Part shown: positions 17,272-27,712 of the stretch, piece after piece
Numbering within the stretch: the first letter of the stretch is position 1
Layout: every line of letters starts with the position of its first letter
IMG/VR virus record: IMGVR_UViG_3300017774_007187
Span: 1-37,361 of that record
Direction: 5' to 3' (one strand)
DNA length: 37,361 bases
DNA from: a virus
Taxonomy: Duplodnaviria > Caudoviricetes
The notes under the pieces: generated by a model
Database searches by the model: none
Told to the model about the DNA's origin: nothing
The model's input: the letters and a program-made list of their open reading frames with translations, nothing else
Position numbers and translations under genes: made by a program

Positions 17272-18615
17272 TTAATTTAAATACTCTAGTGTTGCTTCAT
17301 TAATTATATAAATATTATTGGCATTAGTTTCATTTTGTAATGTTAAATCAAATGCCATATCATTAGTTGTATTAATTGTTACTTCACCTAAAGAAGTTAT
17401 TGGTGCTATTGGAGATTTACCTGAAACTAAATATTGATTATCTGTTAACATTTTACCACTACCAATAACCTTTCCTGATACACCAGTATTTCTAATTGTA
17501 AAAGTACAATCTATTTCAAAGTATTTTGAAGAAATATTACTTTCTAGTATTGTCGTAGAACTTGCAATAAGAACCGAACCCAATTCCATTTTTGCAATTA
17601 GATTCCCTGTTGATGTTGCCGTAGTTGTAATTAAACCTTTAGTATTAAATCTGTATTTTTTACCAGTTAATAACTGAGGATTTGTCCCATGAGATGACCT
17701 ATTTAATATAGTTGACCCCAAAATAAAACTATTATTTGTATTTATTGTAGAGAGTTCACTTAAACCTGATATTGTTGTTGAAGTTATAACATTAAATACA
17801 CCTAAAGAATTAAAAAATCTTGTAGCATTTAATGTACCACCTGTATCAACTTCAAGCAATCTATTTCCTACTGTTGCTGATGTTAAAATATAGTTATTAT
17901 CCTTAAAAATAAATGGTGTTGGTGCTGATGTTGATTTATTAAAAAATAAACTATTACCACTTGTTGTATTATACCAAACATCACCTGCTGTTGCGCCTGC
18001 ATAAGCTGTTGCAAAAGCTGTAAATCTTAATTGTGAAATAGTTGAACTACCTGCTGCAATTAATAATCTTGATGTTGCATTAGAGGTTGGTGTATTAAAA
18101 CCAATTGTCATTGTACCATTAGTTGCATCAATTTGATAAAAATCATTTGTTGTTAATAAACCACCAGTACCTGCAATAAATAATCTATTTGCTGTTGTAT
18201 TTGAAGGTCTTACTAAAACATTACTACCTGATTCCACAGCTTCAATTCCATTAGAACCTGATATTGTTCTTGCAATTAAAACACCTGATGTAACTGAGGA
18301 TAAAACATTTGAACCACCACCAATATTTGTTATACCTGTAACACCATTAATAGCACCTGTTGCTCCCGATATCACAATATCATTACCCGAAAGATAAACA
18401 CCAATATTTGAACCTGATAATATTCTTCTAAATACTAAATTTGAACCACTAGCAGCAGAAAATATGGCAACACCTGTTCCTGCATTTGTTCCACTTATAA
18501 TTGTTCCACTTCCACTTGCTGATGCTGAAATAGCATATTGAGTGCCTGAACTATAAATATTAATATTTGGTCCTGCTACGAATAAATTTCCTGCTTGTCT
18601 AAAACTTAATGGCAT
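17272..18615 (-). CDS. Tail fibre-like protein (paralog A)
   Basis: 447 aa. Shares MPLS.Q.GN.F, TQYAISAS.GSGTIISG, LRFTAF, FIFKDNN, KYRFN, FTIRN and INE.TLE.LN with the neighbour. Confidence 0.7.
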   Translation of the reverse strand: MPLSFRQAGNLFVAGPNINIYSSGTQYAISASASGSGTIISGTNAGTGVAIFSAASGSNLVFRRILSGSNIGVYLSGNDIVISGATGAINGVTGITNIGGGSNVLSSVTSGVLIARTISGSNGIEAVESGSNVLVRPSNTTANRLFIAGTGGLLTTNDFYQIDATNGTMTIGFNTPTSNATSRLLIAAGSSTISQLRFTAFATAYAGATAGDVWYNTTSGNSLFFNKSTSAPTPFIFKDNNYILTSATVGNRLLEVDTGGTLNATRFFNSLGVFNVITSTTISGLSELSTINTNNSFILGSTILNRSSHGTNPQLLTGKKYRFNTKGLITTTATSTGNLIAKMELGSVLIASSTTILESNISSKYFEIDCTFTIRNTGVSGKVIGSGKMLTDNQYLVSGKSPIAPITSLGEVTINTTNDMAFDLTLQNETNANNIYIINEATLEYLN

Positions 18616-21600
18616 TAGATATAATTATTTATATTTGTTTGATAAAACTTAGTTGTTGCTGTATTATATTCAAATGTTATACTATCATAATTAGAACCAT
18701 TAATTATTGCATCTAAACCACCTTCTGTTTTTATGATATTACTGTTTTGAAACGTAACAATTAATCCTGTTTGTGCAAAAAATCTAATAGATGGTGTTGG
18801 TAGATATGAACCAATAGAAGCATCAGCAGTAAATGCAGTAACAGTATCTGTTGATGTTAAAGATGTTAATATAATATTATCATATGTATAATTTGGACCA
18901 AGATTAACACTTTTTGAAGCTGAAGTTATACCTGTAGTAAAATAGGTATTACTCCTGCTAAAAATTATCGTACCATTTGATTCACTAATTGCAACTCCTG
19001 TTCCTGCTGATATTGTTTTATAAATTAATACATTATTTGTTATTGATGATAATATTTGAATATTACCTGTACCTGCTGAAGTTATTCCACTAACATATGT
19101 TCCAATTATACCACCTCCGCTACCTGTTGTAGCACTAAAAAGTATTACACCTGTTGAGGATGATATAATTCTTAAAGTTGATGGTGTTTGAGAACTTAAA
19201 GTTGCAAATGATAGACTTGTTGTATCTGAAGAAAATAAAACTTTTACACCATCACCTAAACTTGTGCCTGATGTTGTTCCTGAACCGCTAGTAATGCTTC
19301 CTGTACCACCTGATAAAAGATTAACACTTGTTGAACTATCTTTTCTAAAATAAAGTTGAGTACCATTCCACCATAAGTCACCAATTTGTGGAGATGATGG
19401 GTCTGTTCCTGCGCTAAGATTGATATGTGGCCTAGTTGTTTGTGATACACCAATATCTAACCATGCACCTCTTGTTGTTGATGATAAAGTTACACCTGAT
19501 GCTAAAACTAATGTACTACCAATATATGCTCTATCGCTTTCAGCAAATAAAGACCAAGGTGCATTAGTAAAAGATGTATTACCTGATTGTTTTATATTTC
19601 TTTTAAAAACATCTGGATTTGGTAATGTGGTTTTACCTTCAATATATATGGATGCAAAACTACCTATTAGTGGTGCGCTGAAAGGTCCACCAAGTGGTTC
19701 AGTTCCATCAACCAATGGCTTTGTAATATATATATCATACGCTTTTTTAATTGGTGAATTAGCGTATACACTATTAAAATAGCCTAATTGAATAGTTTTA
19801 AAACTTTCTATTGTTTGTGCTACAAATGCTGTTTTTACTCTTGATTCAAAATAATTACCAACTAATTTAGAATTATAGTTTGAAGGTGGATTGTCATAAA
19901 AATTATAAATATTGTATTTACCAACAATATTTGTATCATATCCATTTGATTCAACATAAATGTTTTCTAAATTACTTACAACAGTACCACTAACATTAGA
20001 ATTTAGGACAGACTGATAGTAACTATTTTTTAAAACAGTAAGACCACTAATAGATTCTGCTAATAAATTTGTACCAGCATCGGCGTAAATTTTTTCACTA
20101 ATATAACTTACTCCACTTATTGTTTCAAAAAAATCTAATTGACTATCATTTGGTTGAAATAGATTATATATATTATGGTCAAATGGTGAGTCAAATACAT
20201 CTAATGATGTTTGTGGGTCATTTCCTATGGTTATACCACTAATAAATTCTTTTTTACCATTAATAGTTTGATTACCTTCGGTCATTACAAAATTAGCATC
20301 TTTTTTTACATCAGGTATTGTATATGTTCTTGATGTAATTGGTGTTGTATGTGTGCCTAATTTTACTGTAATACCTGAATTATTAGATGATGTATATGAA
20401 CTATAAACAATAGGACTTGATGTTCTATAAATTGATAATGCACCTTCATTACCTGTATCAACTTCTATTGGGCTATTAATTGTAATTAAATCTGTTGCTT
20501 GAGTTATGGTTACCCTATTTGTACCTGTTAATGCTCTTCCAACTATATTTTTATTACTAACACTAGCTAAAACACCAATGCCACCTGTTGCATTTGTAGA
20601 ACCTGTAATTGTTGAAGTTGAAGATGAAGTTGAAGAATCACTATAAATAATTAATTTTCCATTAATTAAATTAACACTTGTAGCACCACTACCTTGTAAT
20701 GGATATAAAAAGTAAGTTGAACCAGTTTTTCCACTAATAATACTTGTACCACCTGTAAGTGATACAATATCTGTTACAGCATTTGTTCCTGAAAAGTTTA
20801 AACCTATACTAATTAAACCATTAGATTCTGTTATTGTAATTCCTGTACCACCTGTTAATGCTTTTACAAGTAAACTATTACTTGTAATTGATGATATAAA
20901 GTTTGTTCCACCTGAAAATAATGTTAAACCTGTTATGGTTTCAAGTTGTGGTGTAAATTTACTTCCGTTAAATTTTAAAACTTGACCATTACTTGCTCCT
21001 GTTGTTTCAATTTCAACATTTGTAACAAAAAGTTTATTTTGAACATATGAACTACCACTTGTTGTAACTCTAAATGCATTTGCTCTTGAACCATCTGATG
21101 TTCCATTACCAACAATAAAATAATCAGTTGTATTTGGGTTATTATATTGACCAACAACTGTTTGTGAATTACCTGATGCTTTTGCTCCAAGACCCATAGC
21201 AATTGAATCTTGTCCTATTGCTTTTGATTCTCTTGATGGTGCAAATGAATATTGTCCTATTGCTTCTGCATTATATGCTACTGCTCTTTGAATACCTGTA
21301 CCACCTGGGTAATAATCAAATACAGTATTTGATGTTATTTGGCTTATTGATGAGCCTGTACCACCTGTAAAATTAACAGGTACATTAATGATTCCAACAG
21401 ATAATTGACCATTAAATAATCCTGGTATAATAGGTGTTACTGAAGGTGTACCACTTTTAACAAATGTATTTATTGTACCACCTGTTACATATACATTATC
21501 AAATCTTGCATATACGGAGTTCCCTGATGAAATAGTTACACTACCACCTGTATATTCATATAATACATTAGAAATACGATATCTACCTAAAGAAACCTTG

Positions 21601-21860
21601 TATGTTAAACCTGTAAAATATGATAAAATCATACCATTTAATATGGTATCACTATATGCATCAGAAGAAGCAGCTTTAAATTTAGAACCATCATATATTA
21701 ATACATTGCCAACTGATGGACTACTGGGGTCAATCTCAACAGATTTTACTTGCAATGTACCTAATATATTGGTAGTACCTGAAAGAGTTGCTGTTGTACC
21801 TGAATACTGCTTTACTTGGGTTGAAAAATCAGTTTGAGTATTAAAATTACTAGATGGCAT
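18615..21860 (-). CDS. Long tail fibre / adhesin-like protein
   Basis: 1081 aa. YadA-head-like repeats (AIGQYSFA..ESKAIGQDSIAMGLGAKASG), FIVGNG...RANAF, a duplicated VEI....GxVLxxxGSKF motif, and modules shared with the downstream paralogs. Confidence 0.75.
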   Translation of the reverse strand: MPSSNFNTQTDFSTQVKQYSGTTATLSGTTNILGTLQVKSVEIDPSSPSVGNVLIYDGSKFKAASSDAYSDTILNGMILSYFTGLTYKVSLGRYRISNVLYEYTGGSVTISSGNSVYARFDNVYVTGGTINTFVKSGTPSVTPIIPGLFNGQLSVGIINVPVNFTGGTGSSISQITSNTVFDYYPGGTGIQRAVAYNAEAIGQYSFAPSRESKAIGQDSIAMGLGAKASGNSQTVVGQYNNPNTTDYFIVGNGTSDGSRANAFRVTTSGSSYVQNKLFVTNVEIETTGASNGQVLKFNGSKFTPQLETITGLTLFSGGTNFISSITSNSLLVKALTGGTGITITESNGLISIGLNFSGTNAVTDIVSLTGGTSIISGKTGSTYFLYPLQGSGATSVNLINGKLIIYSDSSTSSSTSTITGSTNATGGIGVLASVSNKNIVGRALTGTNRVTITQATDLITINSPIEVDTGNEGALSIYRTSSPIVYSSYTSSNNSGITVKLGTHTTPITSRTYTIPDVKKDANFVMTEGNQTINGKKEFISGITIGNDPQTSLDVFDSPFDHNIYNLFQPNDSQLDFFETISGVSYISEKIYADAGTNLLAESISGLTVLKNSYYQSVLNSNVSGTVVSNLENIYVESNGYDTNIVGKYNIYNFYDNPPSNYNSKLVGNYFESRVKTAFVAQTIESFKTIQLGYFNSVYANSPIKKAYDIYITKPLVDGTEPLGGPFSAPLIGSFASIYIEGKTTLPNPDVFKRNIKQSGNTSFTNAPWSLFAESDRAYIGSTLVLASGVTLSSTTRGAWLDIGVSQTTRPHINLSAGTDPSSPQIGDLWWNGTQLYFRKDSSTSVNLLSGGTGSITSGSGTTSGTSLGDGVKVLFSSDTTSLSFATLSSQTPSTLRIISSSTGVILFSATTGSGGGIIGTYVSGITSAGTGNIQILSSITNNVLIYKTISAGTGVAISESNGTIIFSRSNTYFTTGITSASKSVNLGPNYTYDNIILTSLTSTDTVTAFTADASIGSYLPTPSIRFFAQTGLIVTFQNSNIIKTEGGLDAIINGSNYDSITFEYNTATTKFYQTNINNYI

Positions 21861-21871
21861 TATTTAGTATT

Positions 21872-22309
21872 TTATGGTGTAATGATGATATTTAATTTAT
21901 TGTTAATTGGTACAATCAAGGTTTTTTCCTCATTATCTTGTGTGAATGTAAATTTAAATTCACCACTATAAAAACCTACCTTAGAAGTTTCTTTATTTTT
22001 AAATTTATATTGTAAAGTAAAATCCGCAAATTCCTTGCAAGTATCATCTTGATTGATAAATTCATTAGTTGGTGTATCAAGATTAATTGTAGCACTTTCA
22101 TTTAAAATCTTATAACAATCATTATTATCAATCATTGAAAATGAAACAACTGAATTCTTGATTAATTCAAGCAATTCATTATAATTACTAGTCTTGATTG
22201 GTCTCAATTCAAGTATGGGCAGTTCGCTATTTTGTTTTATTACAAAATCCATTTTATTTTTTGTTGTAAAATCAAAATATGATGAATTATCTAATACAAA
22301 TTCAAACAT
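21872..22309 (-). CDS. BppU-N-like baseplate/fibre adaptor (paralog 2)
   Basis: MDFVIKQNSELPILEL...V.FSM...LQYKF...TSKVGFYSGEFKFTF...IVP. Confidence 0.6.
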   Translation of the reverse strand: MFEFVLDNSSYFDFTTKNKMDFVIKQNSELPILELRPIKTSNYNELLELIKNSVVSFSMIDNNDCYKILNESATINLDTPTNEFINQDDTCKEFADFTLQYKFKNKETSKVGFYSGEFKFTFTQDNEEKTLIVPINNKLNIIITP

Positions 22310-22322
22310 TATTTATATTTCT

Positions 22323-22331
22323 TATAAATAG
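22323..22331 (-). promoter_or_regulatory. Putative late promoter CTATTTATA
   Basis: 13 nt upstream of ATG 22309. Confidence 0.6.
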
Positions 22332-22372
22332 AAGATAATATTTGAATTTGTATTATAGTTTACGAATAAACT

Positions 22373-22774
22373 CTAAGTTGTTGTTTTTGTAAAAGATGGT
22401 AAAACTTCAATATCAAGTCTATAATTTAAAGGAACAATAATTGTTTTTTGTTCTCCATATTTTTCAAATATAATTTTAAATTCACCTTTATATTTTCCTA
22501 TATTTTTTGTATCCTTTTTTGTAAAATGATATTGTATTGTAAAGTCTATTATTTCTCTACAAGTATCTATACCATCATTGATATTATTTGCTTTAGTATT
22601 TGTATTTATTATACCTGCTTTATCTTTTATAATAAAACAATTTTTATCATCATACATTGAGAATGTAACACTTGCATTTTGAATAATATTTAATAATTCA
22701 TTAAAATATTTATCCTTGTATGGCTTTAATTCTAATATTGGTAACTCACTATTTTGTTTTATTGTAAAATCCAT
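22373..22774 (-). CDS. BppU-N-like baseplate/fibre adaptor (paralog 1)
   Basis: MDFTIKQNSELPILEL...VTFSM...IQYHF...TKNIGKYKGEFKIIF...IVP. Confidence 0.6.
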   Translation of the reverse strand: MDFTIKQNSELPILELKPYKDKYFNELLNIIQNASVTFSMYDDKNCFIIKDKAGIINTNTKANNINDGIDTCREIIDFTIQYHFTKKDTKNIGKYKGEFKIIFEKYGEQKTIIVPLNYRLDIEVLPSFTKTTT

Positions 22775-22775
22775 A

Positions 22776-25700
22776 TTATTTTAATTTAGTGAAACCATAT
22801 TTTGTAGAATGAAAATTATAATTTTTCTTAATTTCAGGAAACTGAAGGTCAATATCATACATTCTTAATTTTTGAATCTTACCATAAAAAGAGCCATCAA
22901 AATTATCTTTTATTATAGATTTTACACCTCTATTATATAGAATTTCATTTGTTAATGTATAAGAACTTAATCCTGTAAGTTGTATTACATCATATTGACG
23001 GAATTTTATTTCATCAAAATAAAAATTATAATAATATGTTATACCTGTAGGATTTTCAAATTTAATAACAGGTGTATATGATGTTAATCCTGTTATTTGA
23101 ATTGGTGTTACAAAATCAATTGATAAATAAACCCAAGTATTTGCTGATGTGGTTGTTGTGTATGTTGTTGATGATAATATCTCAATTTCATTGTTTAATG
23201 GATTTATGAAATCAAAATATATTCCCTTTTCAGAACCTGAATAATAACCATTATTATCATAAAAATAACCATCCAAAATGTATCTTTTATTTGGTTTTAT
23301 TTCCAAATCATTATCAAAAATTAATAAATTATCTGTATTTGAACTAAATGGTCTTATAGTAACCGTTGATAATGAATCAGGTAATAAATCATAGGTTTCA
23401 AAATTATAATTGTCAATATAAAATTTATAACTTTCGGTTATTGCAGTTGGATTTCCAACTTTTATTACAGGTGTATATGATGTTGTTGATGTTAAAGCAG
23501 TCGGTGTTGTAAATTCAATTCTTAAATCAACCCAAGTATTTGAAGATGTAGATGTTGTATATGTTATTGATGTTAATACAGTATTATTGTTAGATAATGA
23601 AGGTATAAAATCAAAATAAACATTTTTACTTTGCCCACTTAAATAACTATTATCATCATAAAATTTGGTAGATAATGCATATTTCTTATTTGTTTTAATA
23701 TTTATATTTTCAAATACAAAAATGTTATTTGTTGCTGATGAATAAGTTAAACCTGTTATTATATTCTGTTCAATTAATTTAAAGTTATCAAATCTAAAAT
23801 TATAAATTGATGGTGGACAATCTTCAAAGTCAACTATAGCTGCTAATGTATATGAAGTGCTACCTGTTATTGCAGAAGGTGTTCTAATTTCTGTTCTTAA
23901 AGTATACCAAGTATTAAAAGAATTAGAATCAGTATATGCTGTTTTACCAATAACTTGATTTTCTGGATTTAAGTTCAAGAAATTTAATTCAACATTTTTA
24001 TGATGACCAACAAAACTAAAAAAATCATTAAATCTTGATTCTATCTGATATAATTTATTTGGTAATATTGTTTTTTGATTTGTAAAACTAAATATTGTAT
24101 TTGTTGCAGATGAATATGTATTTCCTGTTAAATTTGTATTTCTTACATTTAATACAAATTTTGATGGATTACCTACCTCATTAAATGGTATTGTCTCTAA
24201 AGTGCCACCTGAAATATCTATTGTTAAACCTGATGTTACACCACTTGTATGACCACTATTTTCAAATTCACCAAAATTAGCATCATTTATTGTTAATGTA
24301 TTTGCTGTAAATTGTGTTATAACAAGTGGTTTTAATGAAAGTTTAAGTGAGGAATTTCCTGAATATTTTTCTTGATTTGAAATTTGTAATAAACCATTTA
24401 TTGTATCACTTGAAACATTTTCAATACTTGTTTCAAATGTTTTTGTTATTGAACTTGAAATAACATAACTAAATCCTGATAAGGATACAACAGGTAATAG
24501 ATTATAATCTTCAAAATAAATTTCATCAAAATAAAATTTATAATTTTGATTTATACCACTTGGATTTTCAATAAAAATATAAGGAGTATATGAACTATTT
24601 CCTGTTATTTGTAAAATAGGTGCATTAATATCAATCTTTAAATCATTCCAAGTATTTGCAGATGTGGTAGTTGTATATGTTAATGATGAAACAACTTTAT
24701 GTTCTGAATTTAATGGTGGTATAAATCCTATATAAACACCTTTAGTTTCTCCTGATTTATAACTATTATTATCATAAAATTTAGCACCAATAACATATTT
24801 TTTATTTATTTGTGGTATAAAACTTGATAATGTCAATAAAGAATTTGTTGTTGAACTAAATGTAAAAGATGTAAATGGTGTAAGAGGATAATTTGTAATT
24901 GTAAAATTATCAAAATAAAATTTATATCCTGAACTTATCCCACTTTTATTATAAAGTTTTGCTATTGGTGTATAAGTTGTTGAACCTGTTAATGCGCTTG
25001 GTGTTGTAAATGCAAATGTTAAATCAACCCAAGTATTTGCTGATGTGGTAGTTGTATATGTTAGTGAAGAAATTATAATATTTTCAGAATTCAAACCACC
25101 TGATATTTCTAATTTAACACCCTTATTTTGACCCGTTAAATAACTATTATTGTCAAAAAATTCAGTACTTAAAAAGTATTGAGTATTTGTTGTTATTGTA
25201 AAAGAACTAAATTTAACTAAAATATCTGTGGTTGATGATAAAGTAAACGAACTGAAACTATCTATTTTTTCATAATATAAATAATAATTATCGAAAAAGA
25301 ATTGATAACCTTGATTATATATTGTTAATGATGTTACACTCTCTCCACTTGTTCCACCTGTAAATATTAAAGTTGTTGTTGATGGTTCTGCTAATTCATC
25401 CTCATGGTCAATACTTGTTGAAAATCTATATTTGGTTGCACCTGTAATTACAGCAGGTGTTTTAAATGCAATTTTCAATTGCGCCCAAGTATTGGCAGAT
25501 GTTGTAGATGTATATGTTTGAGCAGATAAAATAGTAATTTCAGGATTTAATGGAGGGATTGTATCCAAATAAATTCCTTTGTTTGAACCAGTAAAAGTTT
25601 GTGCTATATTTTTTGTATAAGCAGAAATATTTATTACATTGCCACTAGAATTTGTACCTGTATAGGCAGTAACAAATGTATTTTGAGTTGACGAAGTAAA

Positions 25701-27479
25701 ATCATAAACATATCCTTCATAATAATAAAAACTATTTGGTAATAATGTTATTTCATCATTAAAATAAAATAGATTTTTATTAACACTAAAGAATGGGGCA
25801 TAACTATCTTTCTGTGGATATGGTGCTATTCTAAGGCTTACAGAACCACTCAATACAGGTGACAATTCAAAAAAGTATGCTGCCGTATTATTTGTATCAA
25901 AATCTAGTGGTGTTAAATATTCAAATGTGCCACTATTTCCATTTGTAATAACATTACCTGAGTAAAGTGTTAATCCTGTGGTAATTGTAATACCTGATGC
26001 ATCACCAAATAATTTTAATGATGTCGCACTTGAGTAATATTTATTTGAAAATTGTTCTGTGCTTGATGTTAATGTTGCTGCGCTTATTTCTGTAGTAAAA
26101 CCACTTATACTACCCTCAAAATTATATAATATTGTTCCACCTGATATATATTTAAATATTGTTTTAGTGGATGATGAGGATGCTGAAAGTAATAATGAAC
26201 TAAAACCTGAAAAAGTTTGTGCTGTTGTTGATGTTATTACAACATCAAGAATATTTGTACTAACTCCACTAGTAGAACCTGATTCAAATCCAATTGTTGT
26301 TCCAGTATTAAAAAAGTATGTGTAACTTGTTACATATCCTGACAAATATGTTATAGATGTAATTGGTTCAGTATTTTTTAATTTTAATGAATAATTTCCT
26401 GAATATGTTACTGCTGTACTTGATGTAATTATGATATTTAAAACATTACTTGTAACACCTGTTATTATGTTATTTTCAAATGTTCCATTGTTACCATCTA
26501 AAAAATAATTTGTATCACCTGTAAGCCTATATCTTTCAAAACTAAATTCATCAAAATAAAATTTATAATCTCTTCTTATACCACTTAGATTATTAAATTT
26601 AATAACAGGGATATATGATGTTAATCCAGTAATTGTTTTTGGTGAGAAGAATTCTAACCTTAAATCAACCCATGTATTTGCCGATGTACTTGTTGTATAT
26701 GTTAACGAAGAAACTATTGTGTTTTCAGAATCTAAATTACCTGATAATGCTAAATAAACACCCTTTGTTTGACCTGTGTTATAACTGTTTTCATCATAGA
26801 ATTTACCTTTATAAATATATTTTCTGTCAGGAATTAAATTTACTGAATTAAAAATTAATAAATTATCGCCTGTAGCACTAAATGTCAATCCTGAAGTAGA
26901 GACAATATTTTGCAAAATAGCAGGTGTATATTGTATCAAAGATACGTCATCAAAATAAAATTTATAATTTGAATTTAAACCACTTGTATTTGCTATTTTT
27001 ATTGTCGGAAAATAATTTGTATTTCCTGTTATTGCTGAAGGTGTAGAAAATTCTAAATATAAATCTACCCATTTTCTTTTATCAACAGTATTATCATATG
27101 TTTTAGATGTTAATATTGTTACTTCTGAATTTAAACTACCTGAAAATGTTAAAAATACAGATTTATTTACCCCCGAATAACTATTATCATCATAAAATTT
27201 AGCTGAATAAACATATTTCTTATCAGGTAAAATTGTTATACCTGATATTGGATTAAATAATAAAAGATTATTTGTATCTGATGTATATGGTATTGTTGAT
27301 GCGCTTGTATTAAATAATTTTAAAGTAGTTGAACATTGATAAGGATGGTCAGCACTAATTTGAACAGATGCATTATATATTTGAGTATTTACATTTGATA
27401 AATTATAAATATCACCAATTAAATTTGAACTCAGATTAAATGTTGCTGAAGTTGTTATTGCGGTTGGAATAATGTTCAT
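22776..27479 (-). CDS. C-terminal part of a giant LamG/CBM4_9-like repeat virion protein (joined to 27713..29215 across a frameshift)
   Basis: The frame stays open upstream to at least 27716. It carries eight KKY....KFYD...WVDL.LEF.TP...FYFD modules and ends in the LamG C-terminal strand FYGKIQKLRMY...L...EI..NY. Confidence 0.8.
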   Translation of the reverse strand: MNIIPTAITTSATFNLSSNLIGDIYNLSNVNTQIYNASVQISADHPYQCSTTLKLFNTSASTIPYTSDTNNLLLFNPISGITILPDKKYVYSAKFYDDNSYSGVNKSVFLTFSGSLNSEVTILTSKTYDNTVDKRKWVDLYLEFSTPSAITGNTNYFPTIKIANTSGLNSNYKFYFDDVSLIQYTPAILQNIVSTSGLTFSATGDNLLIFNSVNLIPDRKYIYKGKFYDENSYNTGQTKGVYLALSGNLDSENTIVSSLTYTTSTSANTWVDLRLEFFSPKTITGLTSYIPVIKFNNLSGIRRDYKFYFDEFSFERYRLTGDTNYFLDGNNGTFENNIITGVTSNVLNIIITSSTAVTYSGNYSLKLKNTEPITSITYLSGYVTSYTYFFNTGTTIGFESGSTSGVSTNILDVVITSTTAQTFSGFSSLLLSASSSSTKTIFKYISGGTILYNFEGSISGFTTEISAATLTSSTEQFSNKYYSSATSLKLFGDASGITITTGLTLYSGNVITNGNSGTFEYLTPLDFDTNNTAAYFFELSPVLSGSVSLRIAPYPQKDSYAPFFSVNKNLFYFNDEITLLPNSFYYYEGYVYDFTSSTQNTFVTAYTGTNSSGNVINISAYTKNIAQTFTGSNKGIYLDTIPPLNPEITILSAQTYTSTTSANTWAQLKIAFKTPAVITGATKYRFSTSIDHEDELAEPSTTTLIFTGGTSGESVTSLTIYNQGYQFFFDNYYLYYEKIDSFSSFTLSSTTDILVKFSSFTITTNTQYFLSTEFFDNNSYLTGQNKGVKLEISGGLNSENIIISSLTYTTTTSANTWVDLTFAFTTPSALTGSTTYTPIAKLYNKSGISSGYKFYFDNFTITNYPLTPFTSFTFSSTTNSLLTLSSFIPQINKKYVIGAKFYDNNSYKSGETKGVYIGFIPPLNSEHKVVSSLTYTTTTSANTWNDLKIDINAPILQITGNSSYTPYIFIENPSGINQNYKFYFDEIYFEDYNLLPVVSLSGFSYVISSSITKTFETSIENVSSDTINGLLQISNQEKYSGNSSLKLSLKPLVITQFTANTLTINDANFGEFENSGHTSGVTSGLTIDISGGTLETIPFNEVGNPSKFVLNVRNTNLTGNTYSSATNTIFSFTNQKTILPNKLYQIESRFNDFFSFVGHHKNVELNFLNLNPENQVIGKTAYTDSNSFNTWYTLRTEIRTPSAITGSTSYTLAAIVDFEDCPPSIYNFRFDNFKLIEQNIITGLTYSSATNNIFVFENINIKTNKKYALSTKFYDDNSYLSGQSKNVYFDFIPSLSNNNTVLTSITYTTSTSSNTWVDLRIEFTTPTALTSTTSYTPVIKVGNPTAITESYKFYIDNYNFETYDLLPDSLSTVTIRPFSSNTDNLLIFDNDLEIKPNKRYILDGYFYDNNGYYSGSEKGIYFDFINPLNNEIEILSSTTYTTTTSANTWVYLSIDFVTPIQITGLTSYTPVIKFENPTGITYYYNFYFDEIKFRQYDVIQLTGLSSYTLTNEILYNRGVKSIIKDNFDGSFYGKIQKLRMYDIDLQFPEIKKNYNFHSTKYGFTKLK
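23131..26705. repeat. Six dispersed ~35-bp intragenic repeats encoding TYTTxTSANTW
   Basis: CCAAGTATTTGCwGATGTrGTwGTTGTATATGTT-like copies start near 23131, 23531, 24648, 25028, 25484 and 26669. Confidence 0.75.
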
Positions 27480-27712
27480 TGAAAGAATAGAATTCCCCGA
27501 AACAAATGTTGTTGTAAAAACATTATTTAAAACATTTGTTGTTATTGCTGTTATAGAGGATGTTATAGTATTTGTATCACCATATTGTATTTGATTTGTA
27601 CCGCCTGTGATTAATATATTGTATTCATCAAATTTAAAATTATCAAAATAAAACTGATATAATCTTGTTGCTGCTGTTATGTCTTGTAATTTAACTACTG
27701 GTGTATATGATG

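Noticed and set aside
17190-17274. 15-bp direct repeat AACTATAAATAGTTA, 70 bp apart
   Set aside because: One copy is the promoter motif and the other is coding sequence (V-T-I-Y-S) partly shared with the paralog. Probably chance.
23131-26705. CRISPR-like array from the ~35-bp repeats
   Set aside because: The repeats are in-frame, vary mostly at synonymous positions, are hundreds of bp apart and encode a protein motif.
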